Assembly (NCBI GenBank): GCA_951406725.2
Contig: OX597821.1
Span: 25,296,001 to 25,360,000, forward strand
DNA length: 64,000 nt
From: Octopus vulgaris
Lineage: Eukaryota
Reading direction: 5' to 3'
Shown here: positions 42,899-57,689 of the stretch, piece after piece
Layout of the letters: the number at the start of each line of letters is the position of its first letter
Numbering within the stretch: the first letter of the stretch is position 1
Program-made: the position numbers and the translations under genes
Notes under the pieces: generated by a model
What the model saw: the letters and a program-made list of their open reading frames with translations, nothing else
The model's database searches: none
Told to the model about the DNA's origin: nothing

Positions 42899-43257
42899 CA
42901 CATACATACATACATACATACATACATACATACATACATACATACATACATACATACATACATACATACATACATACATACAAATGATAAGGAATAGAAA
43001 ATGTAAAGCACAAACTACAATCGTTTCATAGCAAAGCTGCAGTCAGTTGCACATTTAGTACCGAGCACCATGCAGCTTAGCTAGTCTTCATGTCTGGGAT
43101 GATGCACGTAACTTAAGATGTTAATTAATAGACTTTAGCTTATTTTATTAACGTTTTGTCCTCTGTACTGACCACCTCAATAATTCAAGCTAACAAACGT
43201 CCTATACTTGGATCTCTGAATAGTTCTTACCTATTCCTATACGCACACACATACACA

Positions 43258-43316
<59 letters not shown>

Positions 43317-43427
43317 GCGCACAAACACACACATACACAAAACACACACAGATAGACAGAGAGATAGATATGTATATATATATATATATACATACGTATG
43401 TGCATGTATGCATACACTATAAACGAT

Positions 43428-43494
<67 letters not shown>

Positions 43495-44352
43495 GTTGTT
43501 GTTGTTGTTGGTTGTGTTGGTGGCGGTGGTGCTGTTACCTGGAATAGCTAAAGCAATTTTATGAGATCGGTTTTGTTTGTAAAATACCTTGTTTTTCATT
43601 TCGTCTGGAGTGTGTTTGTGTACATGTGTGTGTGTTTGTGTGTGACTGTGTATGTATGTGTACGTGCGTGTGCTTATGTGGATATATGTGGTCATATATG
43701 TGTCTGTTTTAATAGAGTGAACTTTTGCTTATTCATAGACATTCTTTGCTGAGCGAATATTTCTTTATGCGTGTGAGAAATGCTTTTGTCCCAATACTTA
43801 GTGTTTATGACACTTAATGAACGACTTGTAAACCACTTTGTTACCAGAAGTAAATAAATACATTATTTTTACACGATCATGACACTTTCCTTATATTTTC
43901 TCACCCAATTTGTACGAATGTTGGAGACGCCTTCTTTCTGAGAGGAAAATGTCCACCGAGAGTCGTTTCTTCTTATCATGTTGTGGTTAGCTTTTTATAG
44001 ATTGTTCTGTACGACTCTCCGGTGACGGTCATAATTGGCTAAGTTGACAAGTTGCTTAATGTTCGAGAGTTCGAGAGTTCCGATGTTTGTCTGTGCCCTG
44101 CCACCAGATCTCCGTTATGGCAACAACACTTAACTGTCTCTCAAAAAAAATATAAGCTCCTAATCTGGGCAACTCCTTAAATAGGAATTTCGAAACAAAT
44201 GCCATAAAAAGGTAAACTTTACTGCACCGCCCAGTCTGCAAAACTATAAATAAACTCCACTGTAAAGTACAAAGTGACTCAAAGTGATGAGGTATATTTT
44301 AAACGTAAGTAACTTGGAATGGAGCAAGGACGTTTATTTAGAAAAGTGTATA

Positions 44353-44568
44353 AGAGAGGGCGCTGAAGATTCTTTGCTTTGGGTAAAAGAAAATACAGGA
44401 GGATCAGTTAATTATGGTTTTATTCAACATCATTCTCTCTCAGATTCACACACTTATTGCAGCAGTCCTTCAGTTTTCCTAAGCCCTGTAGAAGAACTCG
44501 GAAGGCTGGGCTTCCAACCAGGCCTTTCACGATATCCTTAAAGCCAGGAACTTTTCAGCACCCCCTCG
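44353..44568 (-). mobile_element. Mariner-derived MITE
   Basis: TIR CGAGGGGGTGCTGAAAAGTTCCTGGCTTT with TA; degenerate left TIR; trace of transposase C-terminus (KLKDCCNKCVNLR). Confidence 0.8.
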
Positions 44569-45562
44569 TACAGTATCGGGCTTCTTGTCTGGCTTCCTGA
44601 AATCTGGAATGTTGTGCAGTATCATGCAATATACTGCACCCTGTATTGAGTAAACAGAATTTGGTTAATTTGCATATGGCATGTTTAAAAATAGTTTTGT
44701 CCTTTACTTCTTTAAGTGGATTGCTTTAGAATTAATTAATTTGTACAATTATCAGTTAAGTAAAAGCGTGTTCTTTACCTTTCTTTGTTTAATTTTCATC
44801 ATATAAACATTATACTGTATACATGGTACAGAATGGTATATTTCAAGAATTTTAAGTGGATTAATATATATTAAACAGACCCTGCTTTAGAGGTGTGTTA
44901 CTCTGAATCTATTAAATACAATTTAGTCCTTTACTTCTTATAGTTTATTTTATATTTGAAGTATATGTTTAGGCTGTCTCCAGAAAACCAGAAAATCCAG
45001 AAAACGAGGCCACTTACAGACAAAAGCTTGCTAGTTATTTGCTCCGTTACAGTGTTCGCTCATTATAAGACACATTGTATATTTCACTGCTTATTCAGTA
45101 TACCTTGATGTAAATAGAGGCCACAAGAAAATATATTTTACTGTTCCACTTAATCGACAAAACTGTGCACGAATACTGTTAGTGTGAACTCCTAACAACC
45201 AGAAGCATGGTGACGAGAGAGCATAGAATAATTTAGAATATTTCGTATTCCAACAGTACTACATTCGATTCCTACAATAGAAGACACCATGTAATAATAT
45301 AACAGGCTGACTCAACCTGCATTTGCGGCATGATGACAAAGTCTTGTGTGATGACCGAAACATACACTGGACAACCGTATATGACAAAACTTAGGAAGAT
45401 TGTTATGAATAGTAGTATCATTATAATTCATGATTTCTTTTCTTCAAAGGAAATATTTCTTTTCTTCAAAGAAGTATTACAATCAGCTAGACGCAAAATG
45501 CATAAAATATAACAGGATAACAAAAGCTGCGTGAGAAACCAGTAACATTATTTACAGATCCT

Positions 45563-45778
45563 AGGGCGGCGAGCTGGCAGAATCGTTAACACCCCGGGCA
45601 AAATGCTTAGCGGCATTTCGTTCGTCTTTCTGTTCTGAGTTCAAATTCTACCGAGATCGACTTTGCTTTTCATCCTTTCAGAGTCAATAAAATAAATACC
45701 AGTTGAGCACTGGGGTCGATGTAATCAACTTACTCCCTCCCCGAACTTGCTGGTCTTGTACCAAAATTTGAAACTAAT
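45563..45778 (+). mobile_element. Family 2 SINE, older tail
   Basis: TSD TTACAGATCC. Confidence 0.85.
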
Positions 45779-46149
45779 ACTTACAGATCCCTGAATTGCT
45801 ATATTCTGAAAAATGTCTATGTGTATACTTGGTGCTACTTGTGGTTGGAACTAACTTCTGCGGCTGATATGATCCTCTGTGGTGGCTACTTTCTGGTCTT
45901 GTGAAATCCTCATCAGGGAAAGGTTACCCACATTCCCCTATTTCTGTTCACAGAGATATTACAGGCTTAAAACTATGTATTGAGTACAGCGACCCGAACA
46001 GAGCTAAACTAATGTGCCTATTTTGTGTAAGAACGTATGGAATGTATGTATGAATGTATGTACGTAAGTATGTATGTATTTATGTATGTATACTTATATG
46101 TATGTTTACATGAATATTTGTGAGTGTGCGTGCGCGCGTGCATGATTCC

Positions 46150-47260
46150 CTTAGTCTTTGTTTTGACATCCCTCTTGGAGAAAGAAATTTCGAAATAAAA
46201 TCTCTGTCTCATTGCGAAGACGGATATTTGTATTTGCTCTTGCTTGTTTCTGGACAATTTGGCTTTGTAGATGAGAATCTTAGCGGCCTTGTGCAAGCTG
46301 TTAGGAACTTCAAAACCCAGTGATAGTTATTCATGCGAGTGTGACAATTTACTTTAACCTAAATGTTAAGGACAATAGATGTCATCAATGCTCGTCCTGA
46401 AATTCAATACGTGCACAACACCACTAAGATTCTCGCCTACAAAGCTACTATACTCTCTGGAACAAAGGAAGTGGCAAAAGGTTGTGCTGGCAACTCGAAC
46501 ACAACAATTGAATTGGTGAGGTTACGGTCCGGAATTAATTATCTACGCCATCCAATCGGACCTAAACGAGGTCCCCGAAATTATCGAGTTACCGGACGAT
46601 ATAAAATTAACTGTGACAGTAGAAGGGAGACCTCCCACCTGCTGTTGTTGCGGCCAGACGGGGCACATCAAAAGGAAGTCCCCCCCCCCCAAAAAAAAAA
46701 TGAACAGGAAGAACAGAGGAACGCAGTTGAGATCCAAAGCGAGTTAGAGAGCACCGCGAAGGTAAGGTAAAGGACCCGAGAAGCGACGGATTTAAAACGA
46801 ACATACCAAGAAGATTCTGAAGACGACTACATTCAAGTAACAAGGAAAAGGGAACGGAACAATACACCACCAAAAAGCATACAAGTTAAAAAAAAAAAGA
46901 AAGGTTGCACGCAAAAACAGGACACACACCAGACAAATGAAATACAGACAACCCTAGAGATCAACGCACCCACACGGCACACATCACTGCTATCATCCCC
47001 ACAAAAAAAAAACTGCCCAGAATCTCCCACCAAGCATTCACTTGCAGACACACAACACAGTAAAACCCCGCCAAAACACACAGAATACCTAATGACATAC
47101 ACAGAAAGTACATCCATAAAAAAAAAAAAATCACGAAATTAAAAAATATTCTTAGAGTCCAACTTCCTTAAGACTATGCAGCAGACACAAGATGTATCTT
47201 AATTGATAAGCAAAGACATGAAATATTACAAGAAACATTCAGATCCGGTTTAGATCTATT
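46150..47260. mobile_element. Decayed L1/Tx1-like ORF1 remnants (inverted 5' fragment plus plus-strand fragment)
   Basis: Motif CACAA...CTAAGA.T.....CTACAAAGC recurs at about 39040(+), 46260(-), 46414(+); A/C-rich coding-like strand; clade assignment by recollection only. Confidence 0.4.
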
Positions 47261-47311
47261 GGGGTTAGTGGTGAGGTATGACTCCTCCCCCTCCCCCGGT
47301 GGTAGAATATA

Positions 47312-47661
47312 TTATTTCTTTACTGCCCACAAGGGGCTAAACATAGAGGGGACAAACAAGGACAGACAAAGGACAGACAATTACATCGACCCCAGTGCGA
47401 AACTGGTACTTTATTTATCGACCCTGAGAGGATGAAAGGCAAAGTCGACCTCGGCGGAATTTGAACTCAGAACGTAGCGGCAGACGAAATACTGCTAAGC
47501 ATTTCGCCCGGCGCGCTAACGTTTCTGCTAGCTCGCCGCCTTAAAGGATGAAAGGCAAAGCCGACCTCTGCAGAATTTGAACTCAGAACTCAAAAGATGC
47601 GTCAGACGAAATACTGCTAAGCATTTCACCCGGCGTACTAACGATACTGCCAGCTCGCCGC
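47312..47661 (-). mobile_element. Family 2 SINE with duplicated head
   Basis: TSD CCC.GTGGTAGAATAT flanks both units. Confidence 0.88.
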
Positions 47662-48869
47662 CTTTCCCAGTGGTAGAATATAATGAACTTACACCATATT
47701 TTGTATGGTAAGTAAACTTGCTTTAAACGATTAAAATTTGATGAACTAACAGATTATAAACAGTAAAACTTGGCTACCTTGGAGTGGGGCTCAGGTGAGA
47801 CGTTCATCCTCATTTTGTATATTCATTTCGTTCATCGTTTTTGTATTTTATGTCCCCACTTCTGTCGTCTGTCCTTGTGCCGTCTCCTCTACGTAAGGCT
47901 TTTTGGGTGAATAAAAAGAAATAGTACGTTGTAGGCGATCAGAGATAGTCGTGTCTTTACTGGTTTTACTACGTATACTGTATACCGAAGCGGGCGTTAT
48001 AACAATCCAGTTACACACACACACACACACATACATACATACATACATACATACATACATACATACATACATACATACATACATACATACATACATACAT
48101 ACATACACACGGATGTACGTACGGACGGGCAGACGTTCACAATTCATGCACCTTTATGCAAACGAGACAGACTAGCTCTGTTTGAACTTGCATACTCAAT
48201 ACATAGGTATAAACCAGTAATATCGGTGTGAACGGAAGATGGACATTCTTTCAACTGATAAGGGTTTTACGAGACCAGAACGTGGCCTGTTTGCTTCATT
48301 CTCCTACCTACGAAGGGATAAAACATTATGATGTAATGTAACCATTTAAGTGTCTTTCCACAAGTATTGATACATGTCTGTCTGTCTATGTGCGAGTGTG
48401 TGTATGTGAGTTAGCGTGTGTATGTGTATGCATGACAGTGGGTATGTGTTGTCATTGTATTCGAGTATGTGAATTAGTATCCATACACTCGTGTCATTAT
48501 TTGCATTTATGTTTTTATGTGTGGGTCTGCTTGTGTGTGTGTATTTGTGTGTGTGCGTGCATGTGTGTTTGTATGTGCCTGTGTGTGCGTGCATCTGTGT
48601 GTAATGTATAAATATGTGTGAATGCTTTAAGGTCGTCTGCTTCATTGAATGTTTGTTTGAGAAGCATGACGTCTGTTTTCTTTGAAATGTTCAATGGCGT
48701 AGTGGTTGGCGCTGTTCGTTTATTGAGGGGGCGCCATGAATGTAATTAGATAAGATTACACACATTAGTTAGCTGTTTGCGTAACTGGTCCTTAAACTTC
48801 GTTTAATTCTACCTTGTCTCTTTAATTCACGGAGTGGGCGCAGGGTTAGGGGAGCAAAAGATCATTTGA

Positions 48870-49250
48870 GAGGTTACATCGGTGACTTGTGCCATTCAAA
48901 TATATAAATTCTGTATAGTTCTCTTTTGATATACGTCCACTCTTCGCACGATTCTCTTGTGCATTCAAGTGGAAAGAAAACTCGGAATACAGTACGACGG
49001 TTTTGTAGGGACTTGGTGAGGGGAATTTCCCCTCTTTTAATCAATTTGTTGATAGTTTTGGACGCTGTTAATATAGAAGGACGTATAATAGTTATAGAGA
49101 ACAACACGCGGTTGGTTAGAAGCTGGTGATGAGAGAAATCGTAAGAAGGAAGCAGAGAGGAGGTCCAGTAGAGTGGAGTGGGGAAGATAGGATATGAAAA
49201 AAGTCGATAATTAGGTAAGGAGGTGAGAGATAGAAATAAACCTTGAGAAA
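48870..49250 (-). pseudogene. Possible Penelope-like ORF remnant
   Basis: SKTINKLIKRGEIPLT resembles the pre-RT region of PLEs; highly decayed. Confidence 0.3.
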
Positions 49251-49327
<77 letters not shown>

Positions 49328-49454
49328 TACAGCGGAAGAAAGATAGGGAGAAATGTAGGTCTGATCATAACCGGAAGTTACATTGTCTTGTCATGGTGAT
49401 AAGCTAACCTTTGTCCCCCGCGTATTCTCCACAAAACTCGAGACATCACCTAAA

Positions 49455-49510
<56 letters not shown>

Positions 49511-50908
49511 TGTATGTGTGTGTGCTAGCATGTATGTATATGTTTATATACGTATACACAGAGAGAAAAATTTTAGCAAGGGTTTGAAATGAAGATATCG
49601 TGACCCAATAAGATGATTTAATGCTGTTTTGCTTTGTGCAATGCTTCTGTTAATTTAATTAATTAATTAATTAATTAATACATGTTGATAACGATTGCCT
49701 TATGCAGATTAAAGCAACCAGGTCAGTTCCACCTGTGCTCAGTCACATCAGTAACCGATCTCTGATGATGTGGTAAATAATGCCGAAACTAGTCAGGCAT
49801 TCCTCCTGTTATTGGTCATAGAAAAAACATCTTTCTCTCGCAATTGAATTGGTATAGTTATATATTTTGACGTTTATGTTCTGAGTTCAAAACCCTCTGA
49901 GGTAAAATCTTACCTTTACTTCCTCCAGGAAGAAGTAAAGTACTAATCAAATATATTATTTCATCAATGGTATCGTCTAGCCCCCTCCCTTAAGTTCCTT
50001 TGCCTATGTAAAATCAATCATGACGTCAGCACTATAATCCCGAGACTAGTGAGTAGTAGAATTAATAGTGGATCGGGCTGCTTGGCTTAAAGCATTTAGT
50101 TTAACCTCCTTTTATGGTCTGATTTCGAACCCTACCGAAGTCAGCTTTGAATAGATTAAACCAACCATACATATTTGGAAACAAACTTGCACCTTGTACC
50201 TTGTACGAATGCAAGAAATTTGAAACAAAATCCGATCTTTCCCTGCCCTTAAAGAACTTCCCAAATCAACAAAAAGAGGTAACGTTTATTACACATTGCA
50301 AACAATTTAACATTCTTGTCAATATTTGAATTCATCTGACCTCCGTTCTGTTGTTTTGGTTTCTAATAAACAGCGAAAATACGATAAAACTATTGGCAAT
50401 TTGCGTCAGCGAAAACGGTCGATGGTGCTAAAGAAAATAACTGGCTCCTAGTCTGAAGCCCATAAAAACAATGACTGTCTTCTTTTTGTTATTGTTGATT
50501 TCATTTCTAATTCGGGATTGTCAGTGGTAGCGTGGTTGCTTACGTGGAATTTAGGGCGATCGTTAATAGCAGAGGGAAGAGTATTTTGAGGGTTTTTATA
50601 TTTAATTTTTTTTTCTATTGTAATTGGGTGACAAATTGACGATGGAGATGGCGTCTTAATTGAATGCCACCACGTTGGAATACACAGCCTTAGAGTAAAC
50701 GTCAAACGTTGGGGAAGAAGACTATGTTTTCACTCTCCTTCTTGACGTTGAGTAAAATGGAAATGAGCATATACTGCCATACACATACATACACATGCAT
50801 GCATACATACATGCGTACATACATATACACACACACACACACACTCACATGCGGATGTATATACCTATCTATACATACATACATGTGTGTGTATATATAT
50901 ATATATGT

Positions 50909-51004
50909 GTGGCATCTTGGGCAAGTGTTTTCTGCTATAGCCCCGGGCCGATCAATGCCTTGTGAGTGGATTTGGTAGACGGAAACTGAAAGAAGCTTGT
51001 CGTA

Positions 51005-51065
<61 letters not shown>

Positions 51066-51271
51066 CTGTCTGTCTGTGTTTGTCCCCCTAGCATTGCTTG
51101 ACAACCGATGCTGGTGTGTTTGCGTCCCCGTCACTTAGCGGTTCGGCAAAAGAGACCGATAGAATAAGTACTGGGCTTACAAAGAATAAGTCCCGGGGTC
51201 GATTTGCTCGACTGAAGGCGGTGCTCCAGCATGGCCACAGTCAAAATGACTGAAACAAGTAAAAGAGTAAA

Positions 51272-51311
<40 letters not shown>

Positions 51312-51345
51312 GACGGGCTTCTTTCTGTGTATATATATATATATG

Positions 51346-51390
<45 letters not shown>

Positions 51391-51600
51391 GTGTCTGTGT
51401 TTGTCACCTACCATCGCCAGATTTCCAATCTTGGTGTGTTTATGTCCCTGTAACGTAGCAGTTCGGCAAAAGTGACTAATAGAATAAGTACTAGGCTCAC
51501 AAAGAATAAGTCCTGGGGTCGGTTTCATCGACTAAAACCCTTTTAGGCGGTGCTCCAGCATGGCTGTAGTCAAATGACTGAAACCTGTAAAAGAACAAAA
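50909..51600 (+). mobile_element. Two tandem or nested family 1 SINE portions
   Basis: Body and tail at 50909-51275, second tail at 51310-51600. Confidence 0.85.
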
Positions 51601-51646
51601 GCATGTGTGTCTGTGTGTATGTGTGTGTAAATATATATATATAATA

Positions 51647-51760
<114 letters not shown>

Positions 51761-52409
51761 TAGACAGATAGACAGACAGATTTAATACTAAGATTTGGAG
51801 GTCAATTAAAAAAAAACATTGACCTTTTCCGAACAAAAGGGTTCTTGGGCCAAGATAAAAGCAATTATTATAATTATCCAGGTGTCTAATCCTTATCACA
51901 CGTTAATACATTAATGCAGGATTTCGTAAAAAAACGTCATTATTAGCATGGACTATCAGCTTAGCTGGCTTCCCATCGCTAATCCAGTTAGGTGACATCA
52001 CATGACCAACAGAAAGGTCACAACGCAGAGATTTTTCAAAAAATAATATTTGACACGGGAACCAATGTCAGCTCGATGGTAATCTTCAATGTTCTGTTAG
52101 ATCATCACTGTTTTAGTGAAGTATATTCATATTAACTGTATGACTGTGGTATTGTGGTTATTCTCTAAACTGCTTGTCGATGGCCACAGGAAATCTTGCT
52201 CACGAAGAGTGAAGTAAAATGTCTTAGCTGACAATCAAAACTGCTACAAGATGGATCCTGCTTCTCGGGAGTTAACTCCTCTCGCTGGAGTTTATACATC
52301 ACCTTTCTTGAAATATATTCAGTCAAAACGAAAATATTAATTCCTAATTAGCCTTAATTACATGTGTGTATATGTATGTATGCATATGTGTGTCCACCTA
52401 TATGTATAT

Positions 52410-52655
52410 ACATGCATACATACACACACACATACATACATATATACTCATAAATACATATATATGTAATATACATCTATATATATGTACGCATGCATAC
52501 ATATACTCATAGATATACATTCATGTAGATGTATATACATGCACACATACACACACACATACATACATATATACTCATAAATACATATATATGTATTATA
52601 CATCTATAAATACGTACGCATGCATACATATACTCATAGATATACATTCACGTAG

Positions 52656-52660
<5 letters not shown>
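52410..52660. repeat. Tandem duplication of about 125 bp in degenerate microsatellite
   Basis: ATACTCATAAATACATAT...GCATGCATACATATACTCATAGATATACATTCA occurs twice. Confidence 0.8.
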
Positions 52661-52720
<60 letters not shown>

Positions 52721-53304
52721 AATTAAATATAAATTATAAATTACAAAGTGGGACAAGAACGCAAAAACACACAAAGAGACGACAAAAGAAAACAGACGGG
52801 ACACTCGAAGCCTCTAATCTTCAGTCGAGAACCGGATCATCTTAGCAATTTCGGATATATATATGTATATATACGTATGTATGTACACACACATATGTAC
52901 GTGTATGTGTATGTATTGATGTATATATGTATATGTGTGTGTGTATAAATATATATATGTATACATACATGTGCGCACGAGTGTGTTCACACTATCGGAC
53001 TGTACTGTCTACTGTTTTCTAGTAAATGCAGTCTCTTCAGTCGTGACCTGTTGTGTCTTATCTTAATACACGGTATATCCATGTCCACACTATCGAAATC
53101 GTACCTCCTCTTTTCATTCAGAATAGTAGAATGTGATGTGAGAAAAAGAATTTGGCAGATAATTTTAGTTTGTCAAAAAGAAGGTGAAAAGAAAAACATA
53201 TCCGGTCAATGTCAGAACGATGAAACATGAAGTAGTGTAACCTAGTTACCATGGTTTTATTGTAATGATGAAGCACCATGATTTCCGGGTTGATTGTATG
53301 CATA

Positions 53305-53466
53305 GGCGCAGGAGTGGCTGTGTGGTAAGTAGCTTGTTTACCAGCCACATGGTTCCGGGTTCAGTCCCACTGCGTGGCACCTTGGGCAAGTGTCTTCTAC
53401 TATAGCCTCGGGCCGACCAAAGCCTTGTGAGTGGATTTGGTAGACGGAAACTGAAAGAAGCCCGTC

Positions 53467-53521
<55 letters not shown>

Positions 53522-53741
53522 TGTGTGTGTTTGTGTGTCTGTGTTTGTCCCCCTAGCATTGCTTGACAACCGATGCTGGTGTGTTTATGTCCCTGTTACT
53601 TAGCGGTTCGGCAAAAAGAGACCGATAGAATAAGTACTGGGCTTACAAAAGAATAAGTCCCGGGGTCGAGTTGCTCGACTAAAGGCGGTGCTACAGCATG
53701 GCCGCAGTCAAATGACTGAAACAAGTAAAAGAGTAAAAGAG
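53305..53741 (+). mobile_element. Family 1 SINE, full length
   Basis: Pol III A/B-box-like head, CORE-like box, internal (TA)n(TG)n, AAAAGAGT repeat tail. Confidence 0.92.
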
Positions 53742-54215
53742 TATACATGCTAATATGTACCTAAGCTTGTCTTCATGTATTGACTTACAGGGTCGGGATA
53801 TGAAAGAATGATAACACTGTGTAACAGGATTTTTGTCCTTTAGCAGGAACTGCTATCCCCTATTTGCTTACCCCTAGAAAGTATGAAAAATGGCTAATAT
53901 TTCCTTCAAACTTTGCTTTTCTTACATTTCTTACAAAGAATCCCTCTCAGCACGTGGCTATGATGCCCTCTCCACCACTAATCCTGCTCATTATCACAGA
54001 TGCACATATTGTCAGCCACTAAGGGACTTGCTCAAGTAGTTGGGGAGGAAGACTGTGTTTTCACTCTCCTTCTTGACGTTGAGTAAAATGGAATTGAGTA
54101 TATACTGCCATACACATACATACACATGCATACATACATGCGTACATACATGTACACACACACATACACACTCACACGCGGATGTATATATCTATTTATA
54201 CATACATGTGTGTAA

Positions 54216-54248
<33 letters not shown>

Positions 54249-55333
54249 CGTGCGTGTGTGTGTGTGTGTGTGTGTGTGTTTTCGTGTCTGTGTTTGTCCC
54301 CCCACCCACCATCGCTGGATTTCCAATGTTGGTGTGTTTATGTCCCTGTAACGTAGCGGTTCGGCAAAAGTGACTAATAGAATAAGTACTAGGCTCACAA
54401 AGAATAAGTCCTGGGGTCGGTTTCATCGACTAAAACCCTTTCAAGCGGTGCTATAACGATATTTCTGCTTCAGCAACTCAACGCTGAATTTGTACGAAAT
54501 GTAATGGAAGATGGGTCAGTTTAAAAACATTGATGCCCAGGTCACAAAAGCAAAGTTTGAAGAGAATTGTAGTCGTTTCGTTTGATTTCTAGATAGAAGC
54601 GAATAGGAAATAACACTTACTGACCAGAGACAAAAAGTATATTAATAAATAAATAAAATTGTTACGCATTGTAATCGTGTATATTAACTAATTATTGTAA
54701 GAGATTTTTTTTTTTTTTCATATTTAGCATTTTGATATGAATACGTTATGTGGCTGTGGGAAAAATGCGACTGCCGGATTAAGTACTGAAGAAAGAGAAT
54801 AATCTAAACCTGTTCGTCTATGGCGCGACCTCACACTTTAGAAAACCTACATAGCCAAGTTTCGCACCTGCAAGATGTCGTCTATCTAAGAGGATTTTAT
54901 AGAAGCTAGAGTTAAATTTGCTTCAGGCGGAGTTCAGATTTATTGATTATTATAAATAAAATACACTGTAAAAATACGTAGCACCTACACGGCTTCAAAC
55001 AAAAATGCTAGCAATGTCTCAGCACACACATACATACATACATAGTTACATATATACAAATACACACACATACACGCATGCACACAGAAGGCTATTTATG
55101 GACATTGAATTGTCTGTATGTTACTCTCTTCAAACTAATTAATCCCTAATGTCATGTAAATACTAACACAAGAAATGGAAAGATGCAGTTATTGCTGCCA
55201 TATGCGCGGTATACTGCAATTAAGAAATGTCCAACTTTCAAAATTTTGCAAGACGGTTTGTAAATAAAATTTGGATGGAATTGGGAGCCTCTGGCTGGAA
55301 TGTTTCAACTGTATGAAAGAGGACACAAATTCT

Positions 55334-55750
55334 TATTTCTCTATTCCCCACAAGAGACTAAACATAGAGGGGACAAACAAGGACAGACAAAGGGATTAGG
55401 TCGATTACATTGACCCCAGTGCGTAACTGGTACTTTATTTATCGACCCCGAAAGGATGAAAGGCAAAATCGACCTCGGCGGAATTTGAACTCAGAACGTA
55501 GCGGCAGACGAAATACCTATTTCTTTACTACCCACAAGGGGCTAAACACAGAGAGGACAAACAAGGACAGACAAACGGATTAAGTCGATTATATCGACCC
55601 CAGTGCGTAACTGGTACTTACTTAATCGACCCCGAAAGGATGAAAAGCAAAGTCGACCTCGGCGGAATTTGAACTCAGAACGTAACGGCAGACGAAATGC
55701 CGCTAAGAATTTCGCCCGGCGTGCTAACGATTCTGCCAGCTTGCCGCCTT
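55334..55750 (-). mobile_element. Dimeric family 2 SINE
   Basis: 18-bp TSD AAAGAGGACA(C/A)AAATTCT flanks the whole dimer. Confidence 0.92.
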
Positions 55751-56164
55751 AAAGAGGACAAAAATTCTAACCGTTCGGTAACCATAAGGATACACGCACA
55801 CACATACGCACGTTTCGGTACAATTGCTGTACTTCTATTACATATTACACTTCTAATTATTATTGATGTGCTGGTAGAATCGTTAGAGCATCGGACAAAA
55901 TGCCTGGCGATATTTCCTCCTTGTCATTATGCACTGAGTTGAAATTCCATCGGAGTCAGTTCTACCTTTCATTCCTCCGAGGCCGACAACATAAAGTACT
56001 AATCAAGTATTGAAGTCGATGTGGCAAAAATAGAAAGAATTTTTATTATCGTCATCATCATCATCATCAGTAGCAGTAGTAGTAGTAGTAGCTGTAGTAG
56101 TAGCAGCAGCAGCACCTCATAAGTTTAAGCAATGCTATTGACAATAACCTATTACGTTTCACTA

Positions 56165-56546
56165 GTGGAGGCGCAATGGCCCAGTGGTTAGGGCAGCGGA
56201 CTCGCGGTTATAGGATCGCGGTTTCGATTCCCAGACCGGGCGTTATGAGTGTTTATTGAGCGAAAACACCTAAAGCTCCATGAGGCTCCGGCGGGGATGG
56301 TGGTGATCCCTGCTGTACTCTTTCACCATAACTTTCTCTCACTCTTACTTCCTGTTTCTGTTGTACCTGTATTTCAAAGGGCCGGCCTTGTCACTCTCTG
56401 TGTCATGCTGAATATCCCCGAGAACTACGTTAAGGGTACACGTGTCTGTGGAGTGCTCAGCCACTTACACGTTAATTTCACGAGCAGGCTGTTCCGTTGA
56501 TCGGATCAACCGGAACCCTCGTCATCGTAACCGACGGAGTGCTTCC
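56165..56546 (+). mobile_element. Family 3 SINE
   Basis: Full length; TSD ACGTTTCACT. Confidence 0.92.
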
Positions 56547-56844
56547 ACGTTTCACTTATCTATATTATTTATTCCGCTTCTCCTTCCTGTTTATCATTGT
56601 CATCGTCAATTCATCATTCCCAAGAACGACAACTGCTGCTAAGTGAAGCGCGACCAGGCACATATTGGTTTGTAACTAAAGCAATAATGTGTGTGTGTGC
56701 AAGCGTGTGTGTGTGTGCATGTGGGTGCGTGTGTCTATGTGCATGTGTCGCTCAAGTTTGAAGTATTTTGATTTACCAATCACTCATAGGTGCTCATTGC
56801 TTCCAATTGAAACAGCTTTCTCATTGACAGTCAATAAAATACGT

Positions 56845-57146
56845 TGTTTGTTCCTTCTCGAGCCATGCCTGGCTCATAAGGGCCGGTTTCCCGGTTTCCT
56901 TGGCGTATAGGTTCCCCACCTGGACGGAACGCCGGTCCGTCACAGGTGAGCTGCAAGATGCAGGAGGAAAGAGTGAGAGAAAGTTGTGGCGAAAGAGTCA
57001 GCAGAAGTTCGCCATTACCTTCTGCTGGAGCCGCGTGGAGCTTAGGTGTTTCGCTCATAAACACACAAATCAACCGGTCTGAGATTCGAACCCACGATCA
57101 CTCAACCGCGAGTTCGCTGTTCTAACCACTAGGCCATGTGCCTCTA
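56845..57146 (-). mobile_element. Family 4 SINE, full length
   Basis: TSD CAATAAAATACGT. Confidence 0.9.
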
Positions 57147-57186
57147 CAATAAAATACGTGGGGTTGCTGAAAAGCTCCTGGTATTG

Positions 57187-57559
57187 TTAGGGTTTGGGGG
57201 TTAGGGATAGGGTTTTAGGGTTAGGGTGTTAGGGTTAAGGTTTAAGGGTTAGGGTTAGGGTTTTAGGGTTAGGATTAGGGTTTTAAGGTTAGGGTTGTCA
57301 TAAATAACAGTGACAAACAAAAAATACACCGCCGGAAGTTCTTGTTGACAAACAACGGCAGTAATTTTAATCAGTTGAATACACATCAATGATTGGTTGA
57401 AATTACCGAAATACGACAACTTTAACGTGAAATAACTTCGTAAAAATAAGCTTTTCTCAAAAAATGCTAAGAGTAAAAGATATTCTATATGACACGTTTG
57501 AAAGTGTTTAGTTATAAAAAATTATTTTTTTAAATCTGTCGGTCAAAAGGTAAAGATCC
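57187..57559 (-). mobile_element. Relative of the 22100 TIR element with degenerate (TTAGGG)n, one end only
   Basis: GGATCTTT terminus, TAACTAAACACTTT and AATTTCAACCAATCA shared with 22100-22523. Confidence 0.7.
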
Positions 57560-57625
57560 GTTTTTACAAGTCGCAGTTTTTTATTTACTCTCCGAAGTTA
57601 ATTTACGTTTAGTGAGCGGTTTCGG

Positions 57626-57689
<64 letters not shown>

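Noticed and set aside
43870-44030. Possible Tc1/mariner-superfamily transposase trace
   Set aside because: Too decayed to support
52745-52860. CTGAAGA and GAAA motifs in a repeat beside (TA)n
   Set aside because: No consistent HHR fold; element appears truncated
57187-57297. Telomere or chromosome-fusion site
   Set aside because: Degenerate, single orientation, and part of a TIR element family
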